Positions 18,744-28,223 of a stretch of DNA of 64,000 bases are shown here, one piece after another. The notes beneath the pieces were generated by a model that saw only the letters and a list, made by a program, of their open reading frames with translations, ran no database searches and was not told where the DNA came from. The translations under genes were made by a program, and so were the position numbers. This DNA is from Planctomycetota bacterium (GTDB taxonomy: Bacteria > Planctomycetota > GCA-002687715 > CAIWVZ01). The stretch covers positions 320,001 to 384,000 of the forward strand of contig JBGANV010000001.1 of assembly GCA_044222185.1 (NCBI GenBank). The letters are read 5' to 3'. Positions within the stretch are counted from its first letter, which is position 1; each line of letters begins with the position of its first letter.

Positions 18744-19196
18744 GACTTTCTCCTCAATCACCCGTTCTTGTTGGGCGCAGTAAGGCTGTTCTTTGGCCCG
18801 GGCGCTCCGCGCCACGCAGTGCGTTCCTGTCGCATGCACTGGCGGACGACTGCGGAGCGGATCATACTCGCGCGCTTCGCGAAAAGGCATGAGGGTCGAC
18901 GACATTCGCTGGTTCGTACCGTCACTCGCGAGGGCGAGCCCGAGCTTGCACCCGGTCGCGACGGCCTATGCGGGAGTGGCCTGCCGCTGCGGCGGGTCGA
19001 CGGCAGCGGCTGCTCGTTAGCGTTAGATCCGAACCCGTGCCTGACTCCGGCGCCCGGTTGGGCCCCATCTCTCGCCGAACACCTCGGTCCTCATTCGGCC
19101 ACCGGGCAACGTGCCCCGGCTTGCCGGACGCGACGTCCCGCCGCGGCGCGGGGGGCGGCACGGGCAACGCCGCCGAGTAGACTCCCGGCCGATTCC

Positions 19197-20681
19197 ATGC
19201 GCATCCCGCGGTTGGTGATCATCGGTGTGGCCATAACCGTCGCGGTCCATCGGGCCGTGACGCAGCCCGTGACGTTCGACGAGGCGTGGAGCTTCGTCGA
19301 GTTCTGCCGAGGCGAGTGGGGACGTACGTTCGCACCGAGTTCGAACAATCACTTGTTGAACACCCTGCTGATGCGTTTGACGACGGGGGCGGTCGGCGCT
19401 TCGGCGTTCACGCTGCGAATACCGACGCTCGTCGCGTGTTGCGTGTCACTGGCATTCGTCTGGCGCTGGACGCGGCGCCTGGCAGGGTTCCCCGGAATCC
19501 TGGCGCTCGCGGCATTCGCCTTCGACCCGATCCTGTCGGACTACTTCGCCCTCGCGCGAGGCTATGGGATCGCGACCGCCATGCTGCTGTGGCTCGCAGA
19601 CGCACTCGGACGCGTCGGGTCGGGATTTTCGGCCAGCTCGACTCCGCGCCGCGCGCTGGTCGAGACCGGGCTCGCTGCGGCGGGATGCGCGTGCGCGTCG
19701 CTGACGTTCGTGCCGTCGGTCGTCGCTGTGATCGCTGCAGCCGTCGTCCTCGCGTGGCGAGCGCGTGATCGCTGGACTGCGGCAGATCTCGGAGCCGTCG
19801 CCGTCTGGGCCGGTGTGCCGGCGCTCGCGGCCGGAGCCGTCCCGCTCTGGTTTGCGCTACGGATCCCACGAGATCAGCTGTACTACGGCGCCGCGACGAT
19901 GGCGGAGTCGGGAACTTCGCTGATGGTGCGCATGCTGGCACGTCCGCGCGGTGAGCCGTGCGGAGCCCTCTCGGATCTCGGCGGTCCGCTCGTCATCACC
20001 GTTGCCATCGCGATCTGTGCGTCCGCGCTGGCGGTTGCCGTCGGCGCTGCGGTCATCGACCTGTGCCGTTCGCGGGAACGGGTGCTCGACGCGACCGAGC
20101 GGAGCGGAATCATCGTCGGTCTCGGAGCCGGGTTCGCCGTGGCCGCGACCTTCGGGTCGTCAGCGCTCGCGTCACTCCCGTATCCGAGCGATCGAACGGG
20201 CCTGCACCTCATCGTTCTGACGGTGCTCGGTGTCGGCTCGGCGTGCGCCAGGTCCGTCGGGTCGGAGCGGTCCATCCGACGCCTCGCGGCGGCGGCGATC
20301 CGCGCCGGCGTCGTCGTGTTCTCGTTTGCGTCGTATTCGATCGGTCCGTTCTCCGGGTGGGAGATCGACACACGATGCGGCGATGGGCTCCGATTCCTCG
20401 AGTCGCAGTGGCAGCCGGGCACGCCGCCCGTTCGCGTCCTCGCAGCACCCGAGGTCTGGGGGCCCTGCCTCGAGTTCGAGCGGGTGACGCGCCGGTTGGA
20501 TTGGCTGGCGCCCGTCGATCGGACGGCACGGCTGCCGATCTACGACTACCTCGTACTGACCCCGCGCTACGTCGCCATCGCCTGGATCCGCGAACTCGTC
20601 GAGCCCGTCTGGCAGACTCCGGACGGATCGGTCGTCATCGTTCGGGTCGACAAGAAGAAGCTCGGGGCCGAAACGAGATGA
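19197..20681 (+). CDS. Polytopic membrane protein, GT-C/PMT-like glycosyltransferase
   Basis: TFDEAWSF, NNHLLNT, LRIPTL and ARGYG motifs; multiple TM segments. Confidence 0.7.
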   Translation: MRIPRLVIIGVAITVAVHRAVTQPVTFDEAWSFVEFCRGEWGRTFAPSSNNHLLNTLLMRLTTGAVGASAFTLRIPTLVACCVSLAFVWRWTRRLAGFPGILALAAFAFDPILSDYFALARGYGIATAMLLWLADALGRVGSGFSASSTPRRALVETGLAAAGCACASLTFVPSVVAVIAAAVVLAWRARDRWTAADLGAVAVWAGVPALAAGAVPLWFALRIPRDQLYYGAATMAESGTSLMVRMLARPRGEPCGALSDLGGPLVITVAIAICASALAVAVGAAVIDLCRSRERVLDATERSGIIVGLGAGFAVAATFGSSALASLPYPSDRTGLHLIVLTVLGVGSACARSVGSERSIRRLAAAAIRAGVVVFSFASYSIGPFSGWEIDTRCGDGLRFLESQWQPGTPPVRVLAAPEVWGPCLEFERVTRRLDWLAPVDRTARLPIYDYLVLTPRYVAIAWIRELVEPVWQTPDGSVVIVRVDKKKLGAETR

Positions 20682-20847
20682 GGTCCTCTGGCACAGGTCA
20701 TTCGGCGCGAATCGAGACGGCCAGGCGGCGCGGTGTTCCGCGGATGATGCCGCGCGGTCCGCGTCGCCATGGGGGCGTCATCCAACTCTCTTCTTCGCGA
20801 CGTTGCGCGACCCGATCCGCCATGAACCGGTCGAGGGCGTAGCCGCG

Positions 20848-21594
20848 ATGTCCCCGCCGATGGCCGAGGATCTCACGGCGCCGCGCGACGCGCCGGATGA
20901 CCCGCGATGGTCGATGCGCGCGTCCACGCTCACCGTCCTTGCCGCGACCGTCCTCCTTCTTGGCGCGGCGCCGTTGGCACCGGAGCGATGGGACATCGCG
21001 GAGCCGCTCGTCCTGGGCGGCGCCGCGGTGTTCGCGCTCGCATTGGCGAGTCGACTCGTTCAGATGATCTGGCTGCGCGCGTTCGGGGCGGCGCTGATGC
21101 TGGCATGGGCGATCGGGGAGGTCGTCGGGTCCGTGTTCGTTCCCGGAACGATCTTCGGGTGTTTTCAGCCCTGCCTCTGGTTGGTGGCGGTCGTCGCGGG
21201 CGGGTTGGCCGGACTGCGCGTGAGCCTCGAGCGTGCGGGGAATGGGATTTCCGCACAGGAGTCGCGGGTTCGCGGATTCGTGTTCTCACTGCCCGTGATC
21301 CTGCTGCTTGGGTCCGGCGTCGCGCGTGACGTCGCGACGACCGACGCCCAGGCCTGGTGCGATCGCGCGATCGTTGCCGCCGACACGTGGGCTGCAAGCC
21401 ACGGCGGCTCCTATCCGTGCCGACTCGAGGACCTGGGAATCGCCAACGACCGCCGACCCGACCTCATGGGCTCCGACCCTTCGTACGGCTCGGACGGCGA
21501 GGGCTACATCGTCGCGTTCCGCTGTGGTGATCGTCGGTCGATGCAGTACCGGAGTGACGTTCGACGCTGGCTCTCGGTGAACTCCGGCCTCTGA
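20848..21594 (+). CDS. Hypothetical membrane protein
   Basis: About five hydrophobic segments and a soluble C-terminus (GSYPCRLEDL); start uncertain. Confidence 0.55.
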   Translation: MSPPMAEDLTAPRDAPDDPRWSMRASTLTVLAATVLLLGAAPLAPERWDIAEPLVLGGAAVFALALASRLVQMIWLRAFGAALMLAWAIGEVVGSVFVPGTIFGCFQPCLWLVAVVAGGLAGLRVSLERAGNGISAQESRVRGFVFSLPVILLLGSGVARDVATTDAQAWCDRAIVAADTWAASHGGSYPCRLEDLGIANDRRPDLMGSDPSYGSDGEGYIVAFRCGDRRSMQYRSDVRRWLSVNSGL

Positions 21595-21829
21595 CTCCGT
21601 CGCCTGCCGCTGCACACACAGGGCGGCCGCCAAAAAAAAACCAAGAGCGAGGGGCGCGGCGCCCGCGTGGCCCAACGGGTCACGTCGAGTCATGTCTTCA
21701 TCGAGATCGAGTTGCGGCGGTCGATGCCGTCCGTCGCCGACGCCGCAGGTTCGCCCGACAAGCCGGCGCGGTCGCAGCCGAGACGGACGTCCTTTGGCAC
21801 ATCCGCGCGGTGTATGCGAAACTCGGCCC

Positions 21830-23197
21830 ATGGCCGCTCCGCTGGATATTCGCGACATCGTCGGCATAGAGCTCCGCATGAACTCGCTTGCACGGAGGTT
21901 CGGACTTAGCACGTTCAGGGACGCGGAGGTCATCCTGCCGACGGCTGAGCGCTTCCCGGGGCGTTGGCGAAGCACCGATCAGGAGGTATCGCGCCTCTTC
22001 GACATGGCATGCGACTTCATGGGAGTCGCCCGCGGGAGCGTGAAGCTCTCGTTCACGTCCGAGTGGCTCCATGGATCGCGAGCCGGCCACTGGGATGCAA
22101 GCGACTCGACGATGGAGAGGCTCGGGGTGCCCGAGATCTGCGTGCGGGCGAAATACCGCGACGTTCCGCATCAGCTGCTCGCGGTGTTCCTCCACGAACT
22201 GGCACACGAACGGCTCCTGCGCACGGAGCAACGACCGGAATCGATCTGGGGGGACGAAGTCCTCACGGATCTCATGCCGGTCGCGCTGGGGCTCGGGGTC
22301 ATGATGGCGAACGCCGTCCTTTCGGAGCGCAGCGGAACGACGGGCCAGTGGAGTTGGTGGAGCACCAATCGCGTCGGCTATCTGCCGGCCTCGCACCTCG
22401 GACATGCCCTTGCCGTGTTCGCGTGGGTTCGCGGCGAGCGCGAGCCGGCCTGGCGAGCGCACCTGCGCCCGGACGCGGGCGTCACGATGGATCTGGCGCT
22501 CGAGCAATTCGAGCGGACGAAGGATTGTCTCGTCGACCGTGACGATCCGGCGGCCCTCGACCGCGCGCACGCCGACCCGGCCTCGATCCTCAAGCGACTG
22601 AGCGACTCGAGCGCCCGTGTCCGCCTGGCGGCGCTCTGGTGCCTTCCGTGGGACGCTCTCACCGGCGCGGCCGCGGTCGGTCCGATCCTGCGGATGCTCG
22701 ACGATCCTGAAGCCTCGATCCGCATCGAAGCTGCGGGCGTGTTGCCGGAGACTGGCGACCTTGGGAAGCGTGCGGTCGAGCGGTTGTTCGAACTCTACTG
22801 CGTCGGCGACGAGAGCGAGCGCGCTGCGGCGACCCTATCCCTCGCGCGAATGAACCTGAAGGCGGACGTCCTGATTCCCGAGCTGACGCGACGGTTGAGG
22901 CACCAGGACGGCGCCTTGCGTCATCTCGCGGCGGCGGCACTCGCGTACTACGGCGCGGCAGCTCGAGACGCGTTGCCGCACCTGGTCGCGGAGCTGGCCC
23001 TGGCCGTGTCGCGGGTCCAGCCGACGCACGAGTTGGCCTCCGCGATCGCCGCCGTCGCGTCCGACCCGGTTGCGGCGATTCGAGAGGCGCTCGGAAGCGA
23101 TCCCGAGACGTGCGAGGCGGCGGTGCGGGCGCTCCGCGAAGCTCAGGGCGAGGAGGTGGAAATGGACGAGGACTGGGAGGAGGAGAACGGGGAATGA
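21830..23197 (+). CDS. Protein with an N-terminal HExxH (zincin-like) domain and C-terminal HEAT/PBS repeats
   Basis: FLHELAHERL...DEVLTDL; repeats LSDSSARVRLAAL, LDDPEASIRIEAA and LRHQDGALRHLAA. Confidence 0.75.
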   Translation: MAAPLDIRDIVGIELRMNSLARRFGLSTFRDAEVILPTAERFPGRWRSTDQEVSRLFDMACDFMGVARGSVKLSFTSEWLHGSRAGHWDASDSTMERLGVPEICVRAKYRDVPHQLLAVFLHELAHERLLRTEQRPESIWGDEVLTDLMPVALGLGVMMANAVLSERSGTTGQWSWWSTNRVGYLPASHLGHALAVFAWVRGEREPAWRAHLRPDAGVTMDLALEQFERTKDCLVDRDDPAALDRAHADPASILKRLSDSSARVRLAALWCLPWDALTGAAAVGPILRMLDDPEASIRIEAAGVLPETGDLGKRAVERLFELYCVGDESERAAATLSLARMNLKADVLIPELTRRLRHQDGALRHLAAAALAYYGAAARDALPHLVAELALAVSRVQPTHELASAIAAVASDPVAAIREALGSDPETCEAAVRALREAQGEEVEMDEDWEEENGE

Positions 23198-25047
23198 CGG
23201 ACGGTACGTCGCGTGACCGCGGGGCGATGCGATACGGGCCGTGGGCCGGACTCGCGATCGCCACCGTGGCTCTCGCGTGGCTCGGATGGTGGATGCTCCG
23301 CGCCGGGGAAGCGTCGGCGGCGTCACTCCGTGAAACGCCGTCGACTGCGGGCGCGATCGAGATGCCCGCCGCCCTTCCGCCCGATCACGGCAAACGGCGC
23401 GCAGCGTCGAAGCCCGCATCTGCGCCGCCGGGGGGCAACACCTCGCTCACGGCGAGGATCGACGCCCCCGACTCGCAACCGTCGAGCCTGCCGCCTCCGG
23501 ACTCCAGCGTGATCCGAGTCGCCCCCGTGACCCGGATCGCGCTGCGGATCGTCGACTGGCGCGGCGCGCCGATCACGCACCTGGAGGGGCTCGCGTCGAT
23601 CGGGTTCGACGAGCCCGACTCGCGCACCGCGGCGGAACTCCGGGCCATCCGGGCTCGCAACGCGGTCTTCGCGATGCAGCCGTTTCTGACTCAGCCGAAT
23701 GGGGCCAGGCCCGGCCTCGTTGAACTCGCAGTCCCGCCCGCGACGACCGGGACGGTTCGTGTCCTCGTGAGCGTGGGCGCGGAGCCCAAGATCCTCCGCC
23801 TGTGTGACGACGCAGCGTTCACGGCCCGCCTCCCCGGCGAGACCGTGGTGCTTCCCGACGTGACGCTCAGTTTCGCGCCGATCCTCGCGCGTGGACGGGT
23901 GACGGACGCGTCGGATCGCCCGATCGCTGGTGCGCCGGTCGTCGCTTATCAGGCATCGCCCTCCGGAGCCGCGGGCCTCACGCCTTGGTGGAACGTCATC
24001 CGGACGCTGTCGCAGGCGGATGGGAGCTACGAACTGCGCGGAGTCCAGGTCGATCCGATCGTCGTCATCTCACGAATGCCCGGACTTCGAGGCTCGGAGC
24101 CGCATCCGCTGGAGCGTCTCGGTGCCACGGTCGACCTCGTCGTGAGGAAGGCGGGATCGATCGAGGGCAGCATCCGGTCGTGCGGCGCCTGGAAGCGGGA
24201 GGCCCTTCGTCTGTCGGCGTGCGTCGGCACCGTCGACATAAGTCCGAATTGGAGCGAGTCGTCTGCGCTGGGACGAACGGTCACGCCTGCCGAGGACGGT
24301 CGGTTCGCAGTGCTGAACGTGCCGCCGGGCCGATACTCGCTCGTGGTGCGCATCGTGGGGCAGCGCGTCCTCGCGATCGACGACGTGGTCGTCGTCGCGG
24401 GCGAACCCTGTCGAGACCCGCGCTTGAAGGACCTCGTCATCGAGCCTGCGCTGGCGAGCGCGACCGTACTCGTCACCGACGATCACGGTGCGCCGGTGCG
24501 TTCGGCACAGGTCGAAGTGATGGGTGCGGGCGGAGGTGCCGGTGCAGGTGACGTGCAGCGCGCGGTCGCCAACGAGTCCGGCGTCGCGAGTTTCGCGCTA
24601 CCACCGCAGGCGGAATATCGCGTCACCGCCGGTCGCACCGGGTTCGCGCCGTCGGTCGTCGACCGCACACGGCTCCCGGCGACCATCGCACTCGCGCCGC
24701 TCGCCTCCGTGCAGATCACGTTTGGTGCCGGCTCGTCCGTCGCGCCCGGTTCGCTGGCTCTCGTCCCGCTCGATGAAATTCGCGGCGAGGTGGGGGACAC
24801 CGTGCTGATCCCGCCGCGTCTTTCTGCCGACTCGCTCGTCGCGTTGAGGCGCGATCGCCTCCAGTACACCCTCGATGTCCCGGCGGAGCGGAACTACGCG
24901 GTGATCGTCGCGCCGCGCGAATCCGACTCGCCCCCCCTCGGCCGGCGGCTCATCCAACCGGGAAGTCCTGCCGGTACGCTCATCGGGAACTTTCACGCCG
25001 AGCCGCAGAAGAACGTCGTGCGGATGCCCCCAATCGACATGCGGTAG
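23194..25047 (+). CDS. Membrane-anchored protein with carboxypeptidase-regulatory-like (transthyretin-like) domains
   Basis: N-terminal TM; RGRVTDASDRPIAGAPV, DGRFAVLNVPPGRYSL, VTDDHGAPVRSAQV; ATGA coupling. Confidence 0.75.
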   Translation: MTDGTSRDRGAMRYGPWAGLAIATVALAWLGWWMLRAGEASAASLRETPSTAGAIEMPAALPPDHGKRRAASKPASAPPGGNTSLTARIDAPDSQPSSLPPPDSSVIRVAPVTRIALRIVDWRGAPITHLEGLASIGFDEPDSRTAAELRAIRARNAVFAMQPFLTQPNGARPGLVELAVPPATTGTVRVLVSVGAEPKILRLCDDAAFTARLPGETVVLPDVTLSFAPILARGRVTDASDRPIAGAPVVAYQASPSGAAGLTPWWNVIRTLSQADGSYELRGVQVDPIVVISRMPGLRGSEPHPLERLGATVDLVVRKAGSIEGSIRSCGAWKREALRLSACVGTVDISPNWSESSALGRTVTPAEDGRFAVLNVPPGRYSLVVRIVGQRVLAIDDVVVVAGEPCRDPRLKDLVIEPALASATVLVTDDHGAPVRSAQVEVMGAGGGAGAGDVQRAVANESGVASFALPPQAEYRVTAGRTGFAPSVVDRTRLPATIALAPLASVQITFGAGSSVAPGSLALVPLDEIRGEVGDTVLIPPRLSADSLVALRRDRLQYTLDVPAERNYAVIVAPRESDSPPLGRRLIQPGSPAGTLIGNFHAEPQKNVVRMPPIDMR

Positions 25048-25420
25048 CGGAATGAGGCTGCGTGTCCTGCATCCATCGACGGCGGAGACGTGCCACGACT
25101 GCCGTGAACGGCGCTCGCGCCGCCGCAGGACGATCGACCTGCTGTTCGACGGCGCGGAGGCGGGGACGACGCAGTGTCGAAACCTCGGTGCGGGCCCCGG
25201 TGAGCACGTTCGGCAAGCAGCGTTTCGCCTGTAAACCGGCGGATGCGCCCGCGATGCATCCATCGCCGGGAGCGAGTTGCCCCCAGCGCCGCTTTGCCAC
25301 CCGTCGAAGTTGCACGGATTGCCGCGTTCGCGCCCCTGCGCAGCTCGATCGTGGGCGCGGTCCGCGCGGCGAGTCGAGGCGAGGCACATCCGTTGCTGAC
25401 GAGATGGTCACCCAACGAGG

Positions 25421-27115
25421 ATGTTCACCATCATGAGACTCGAACACACGTTCATCGCGGTCGTCACCATCGTCTACGCCGCCGTCGCTCAGCAGTTGCC
25501 GCGGCTCCAGCACATCGAGTTCAACGCGGGGGTACCGTCGTCGTTCGGAACGCGCGTGGCGACGGTCGGCGACCTGGATCACGACGGCTTCGAGGACTAC
25601 GCCGTGGGCTCTCCAGACGAGACGCTGGGCAATCCCTCCGTTCCCCAATACCTCGGCGTCGTCCGCGTCTATTCGGGCGCGACGGGCGCCATCCTCCACA
25701 CGCTTTCGGGCACGCTGCCGTTCGATCGTTTCGGTTGGTCCGTCGGCGGCGGTGGTGACGTCGATGCCGACGGGACGCCCGACGTGATCGTCGGGCTCCC
25801 GCTGGGCGCAAACACGTCGACGACCGGCAACGTGAAGGTGTTCTCGGGGAGCAGCGGTCTCTCGATCCGCACCTACGTTCTTCCGACCCTCTACGGTTAT
25901 CGCGTCGCCAACGCGGGCGACATCGACGGCGACGGCCGCGCGGACGTCATGACCTCGAGTGGGCTGTTCGCGCTTCCGAGCGCGTCGACCCTCACGCCGG
26001 TGCTCGTGCTGTCCGGCGCAACGGGCCTGGTGATCGCCAGCTACACCGGAATCGCCGCGGGCGTGAGCACGCCTTACGACTCGTGGGGAATTTCGCTCGC
26101 TGGTGGGCGCGATCTGAATGGCGACGGGCGGGACGACGTCCTCATCGGATTCGCATCCCAGGGCGGCCTCGGCAACCAGCACGGGGGAGTCGTGGCTTGC
26201 TCGGGTCTGACGGGCGGTGTCATCCAGTCGTACGGCGGTGCACCCGTGTTCAGCTTCCTCGGAGAGTCCGTCGTGTTCATGCCGGACATCGACGGGGACG
26301 GCCGACCCGACGTGGTCGCTGGAGGGACGGGAAACGGGAGCGTGAGCGTTCCTGGGACCGTGCGGGCCTACTCGGGGCTGGGCGGAGCGCTCCTCTTCAG
26401 CATCACGAGCCCGGTGCTGGCCGACTCGTTCGGCGGCGCACTCGCAGGCGGGCGCGACCTGGACGGCGATGGCGTCGCGGACTTCGTCACGAGCACCCCG
26501 GGACTCAATCCGTCGGGCATTCAGCCTCCAGCGGGCTCCGCGCTCGGGGTCGTCCGCGCCTACTCGGGCGCGACAGGTGCGCTGATCGGGCTCGTCGCAG
26601 GGCGCGCCCCTGGCGCGAACTACGGCGGAGCACTGGCGATGCTCGCAGACACGAACGGCGACGGATTCGACGAGGTCGTCGTCGGCGCCGGACAGGACGA
26701 CACGATCTTCGGAACGGACGCCGGGAGCGTCGACGTCATCGAGTTTGCGGGCGCCCTCGGGTTCGGTGTTGGGAACGGCACCCTCCAGCTCGGAGTGATT
26801 CACGGGCCCTTCGGGGCGAACTGGGTCGGTGCCCTGCGTGCGTCCGGGGCGGGTCCGGGTGCGGCCGGGTTCATCGCGGCCGATCTGGCTCCGGCGAACA
26901 CGACGATCGCCAACCCGCCGATTCCCCTCTACCTCGCGGTGACGCCGGCACTGCTGCTCCAGCCGATCACGTTCGACGGGAGCGGCGCGTGGTCGACACC
27001 CGTGCTCCTGCGCCAACCGGCCGTCGCGGGCCTCGTCGCCTACGCGCAGGCGTTCGAGGTCAGCGGTCCGACGTTCGTCGCGTCCGGTGGGATGCAGCTG
27101 CTGTTCAGCAACTAG
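25421..27115 (+). CDS. Secreted FG-GAP/integrin-alpha repeat beta-propeller with a conserved C-terminal domain
   Basis: Seven GD(L/V/I)DGDG-type repeats (GDLDHDGFED, GDVDADGTPD, DLNGDGRDD and others); signal peptide; ends AGLVAYAQA...ASGGMQLLFSN. Confidence 0.9.
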   Translation: MFTIMRLEHTFIAVVTIVYAAVAQQLPRLQHIEFNAGVPSSFGTRVATVGDLDHDGFEDYAVGSPDETLGNPSVPQYLGVVRVYSGATGAILHTLSGTLPFDRFGWSVGGGGDVDADGTPDVIVGLPLGANTSTTGNVKVFSGSSGLSIRTYVLPTLYGYRVANAGDIDGDGRADVMTSSGLFALPSASTLTPVLVLSGATGLVIASYTGIAAGVSTPYDSWGISLAGGRDLNGDGRDDVLIGFASQGGLGNQHGGVVACSGLTGGVIQSYGGAPVFSFLGESVVFMPDIDGDGRPDVVAGGTGNGSVSVPGTVRAYSGLGGALLFSITSPVLADSFGGALAGGRDLDGDGVADFVTSTPGLNPSGIQPPAGSALGVVRAYSGATGALIGLVAGRAPGANYGGALAMLADTNGDGFDEVVVGAGQDDTIFGTDAGSVDVIEFAGALGFGVGNGTLQLGVIHGPFGANWVGALRASGAGPGAAGFIAADLAPANTTIANPPIPLYLAVTPALLLQPITFDGSGAWSTPVLLRQPAVAGLVAYAQAFEVSGPTFVASGGMQLLFSN

Positions 27116-27500
27116 GCATCGGAACGATGCGGTGGCCGGCTGCTGCGAGGATGCCGGTCGCACGGCCGACGTCTGCCGCTCGCACGAGGATGTAATCCGT
27201 GTCGTACGTCGAGACGACGAACACGGATATTGCCGCGGATGCGAGCGGCGCCGTCAGCTCGGCGATGACGCCGATCGTGGCGAAGTCGACGACGCCGGCA
27301 ATGCCGAGCGCGCGGCGGTCCGCCTCCCGCGTGATCCCGGGGGGAACCTGAGCCTCGGCGCAGACGATCGACAGCTCCGTTGCCGTCCGTGTGATCGAGA
27401 GGAACGGCCCGCCCTCGCACCACGAGGGGATTGGCGCGGTGGGTTCGAGGCGGCAGATCGCGAGCGGCGTGGGAATCAACCTGAACTCGAAGGATTGCAT
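27105..27500 (-). CDS. ACT domain protein (ACT_7/CASTOR-like)
   Basis: FLSITRTATELSIVC and GVIAELTAPLASAAISVFVVSTYDTDYILV. Confidence 0.88.
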   Translation of the reverse strand: MQSFEFRLIPTPLAICRLEPTAPIPSWCEGGPFLSITRTATELSIVCAEAQVPPGITREADRRALGIAGVVDFATIGVIAELTAPLASAAISVFVVSTYDTDYILVRAADVGRATGILAAAGHRIVPMPSC

Positions 27501-27647
27501 GGAGCGGCATTCTGGGGACGACTGCGCGCCGCGCAAAGGGCATCAGCCGGGCGACTTCCCGCTTCGGTACGACTGGCAGGTTGAGCGCGGGCCGTGTATA
27601 CACACCGAATCCGACGCGACGTCGCGTCCCCCACCCGGAGCCCAGGC

Positions 27648-28223
27648 ATGCGCCGATTCGACCTGCGGATCGTCATGTTCGTCACGGTGTTCGCTCTCGT
27701 CGCGCCCTACGCGGGGAGCACGATCCTCATCGTCAAGAACCTCGGCGAACTCGCCCGCGAGGCGGATGCGATCGTCGTCGGTCGCGTCACGGGCGCTGAG
27801 TCGCGCTGGGGGAACGGGCAGTCGATCATCTGGACGCATCACTCCATGCGGGTGGAGGAGACGTGGAAGGGTGACCTCACCGGCGAGATCGTCGTCAGTG
27901 AGATCGGCGGGACGGTGGGAACCAAGTCCCAGTTTCTTTGCGGCGCTCCGTCGTACAGGGCCGGCGACCACGTCCTCTTGTTCCTCAAGCGCGACGCCGG
28001 TGGGCTTCTGCGCACGTACGGCTGGCTGCAGGGGCGGTTCGACCTCGCCGCCGATTCCGCGCACCTCGGCGCCTGGCTCGTGACGCCGTCGTTCAGGCAC
28101 GTGATCGACGGCTTCGTTCCGGCGAGCGAGGTACGTGATGGCGGATCCGTCGACCTGGATCGCTTCCGCAACCAGGTGATCGACCTGGTGCATTCGCCGG
28201 CCCGTCGTGGGGAGGGACGTTGA
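27648..28223 (+). CDS. Secreted OB-fold-like protein coupled to the matrixin gene
   Basis: Signal peptide; LGELAREADAIVVGRV...VEETWKG...GGTVG...GDHVLLFL; TGATG overlap with the next gene. Confidence 0.7.
   Translation: MRRFDLRIVMFVTVFALVAPYAGSTILIVKNLGELAREADAIVVGRVTGAESRWGNGQSIIWTHHSMRVEETWKGDLTGEIVVSEIGGTVGTKSQFLCGAPSYRAGDHVLLFLKRDAGGLLRTYGWLQGRFDLAADSAHLGAWLVTPSFRHVIDGFVPASEVRDGGSVDLDRFRNQVIDLVHSPARRGEGR

Noticed and set aside
21600-21670. A9 tract and odd low-complexity stretch as a terminator or phase-variation site
   Set aside because: It is intergenic, has no convincing stem and no gene to terminate on the minus strand; it could be a low-quality assembly segment.
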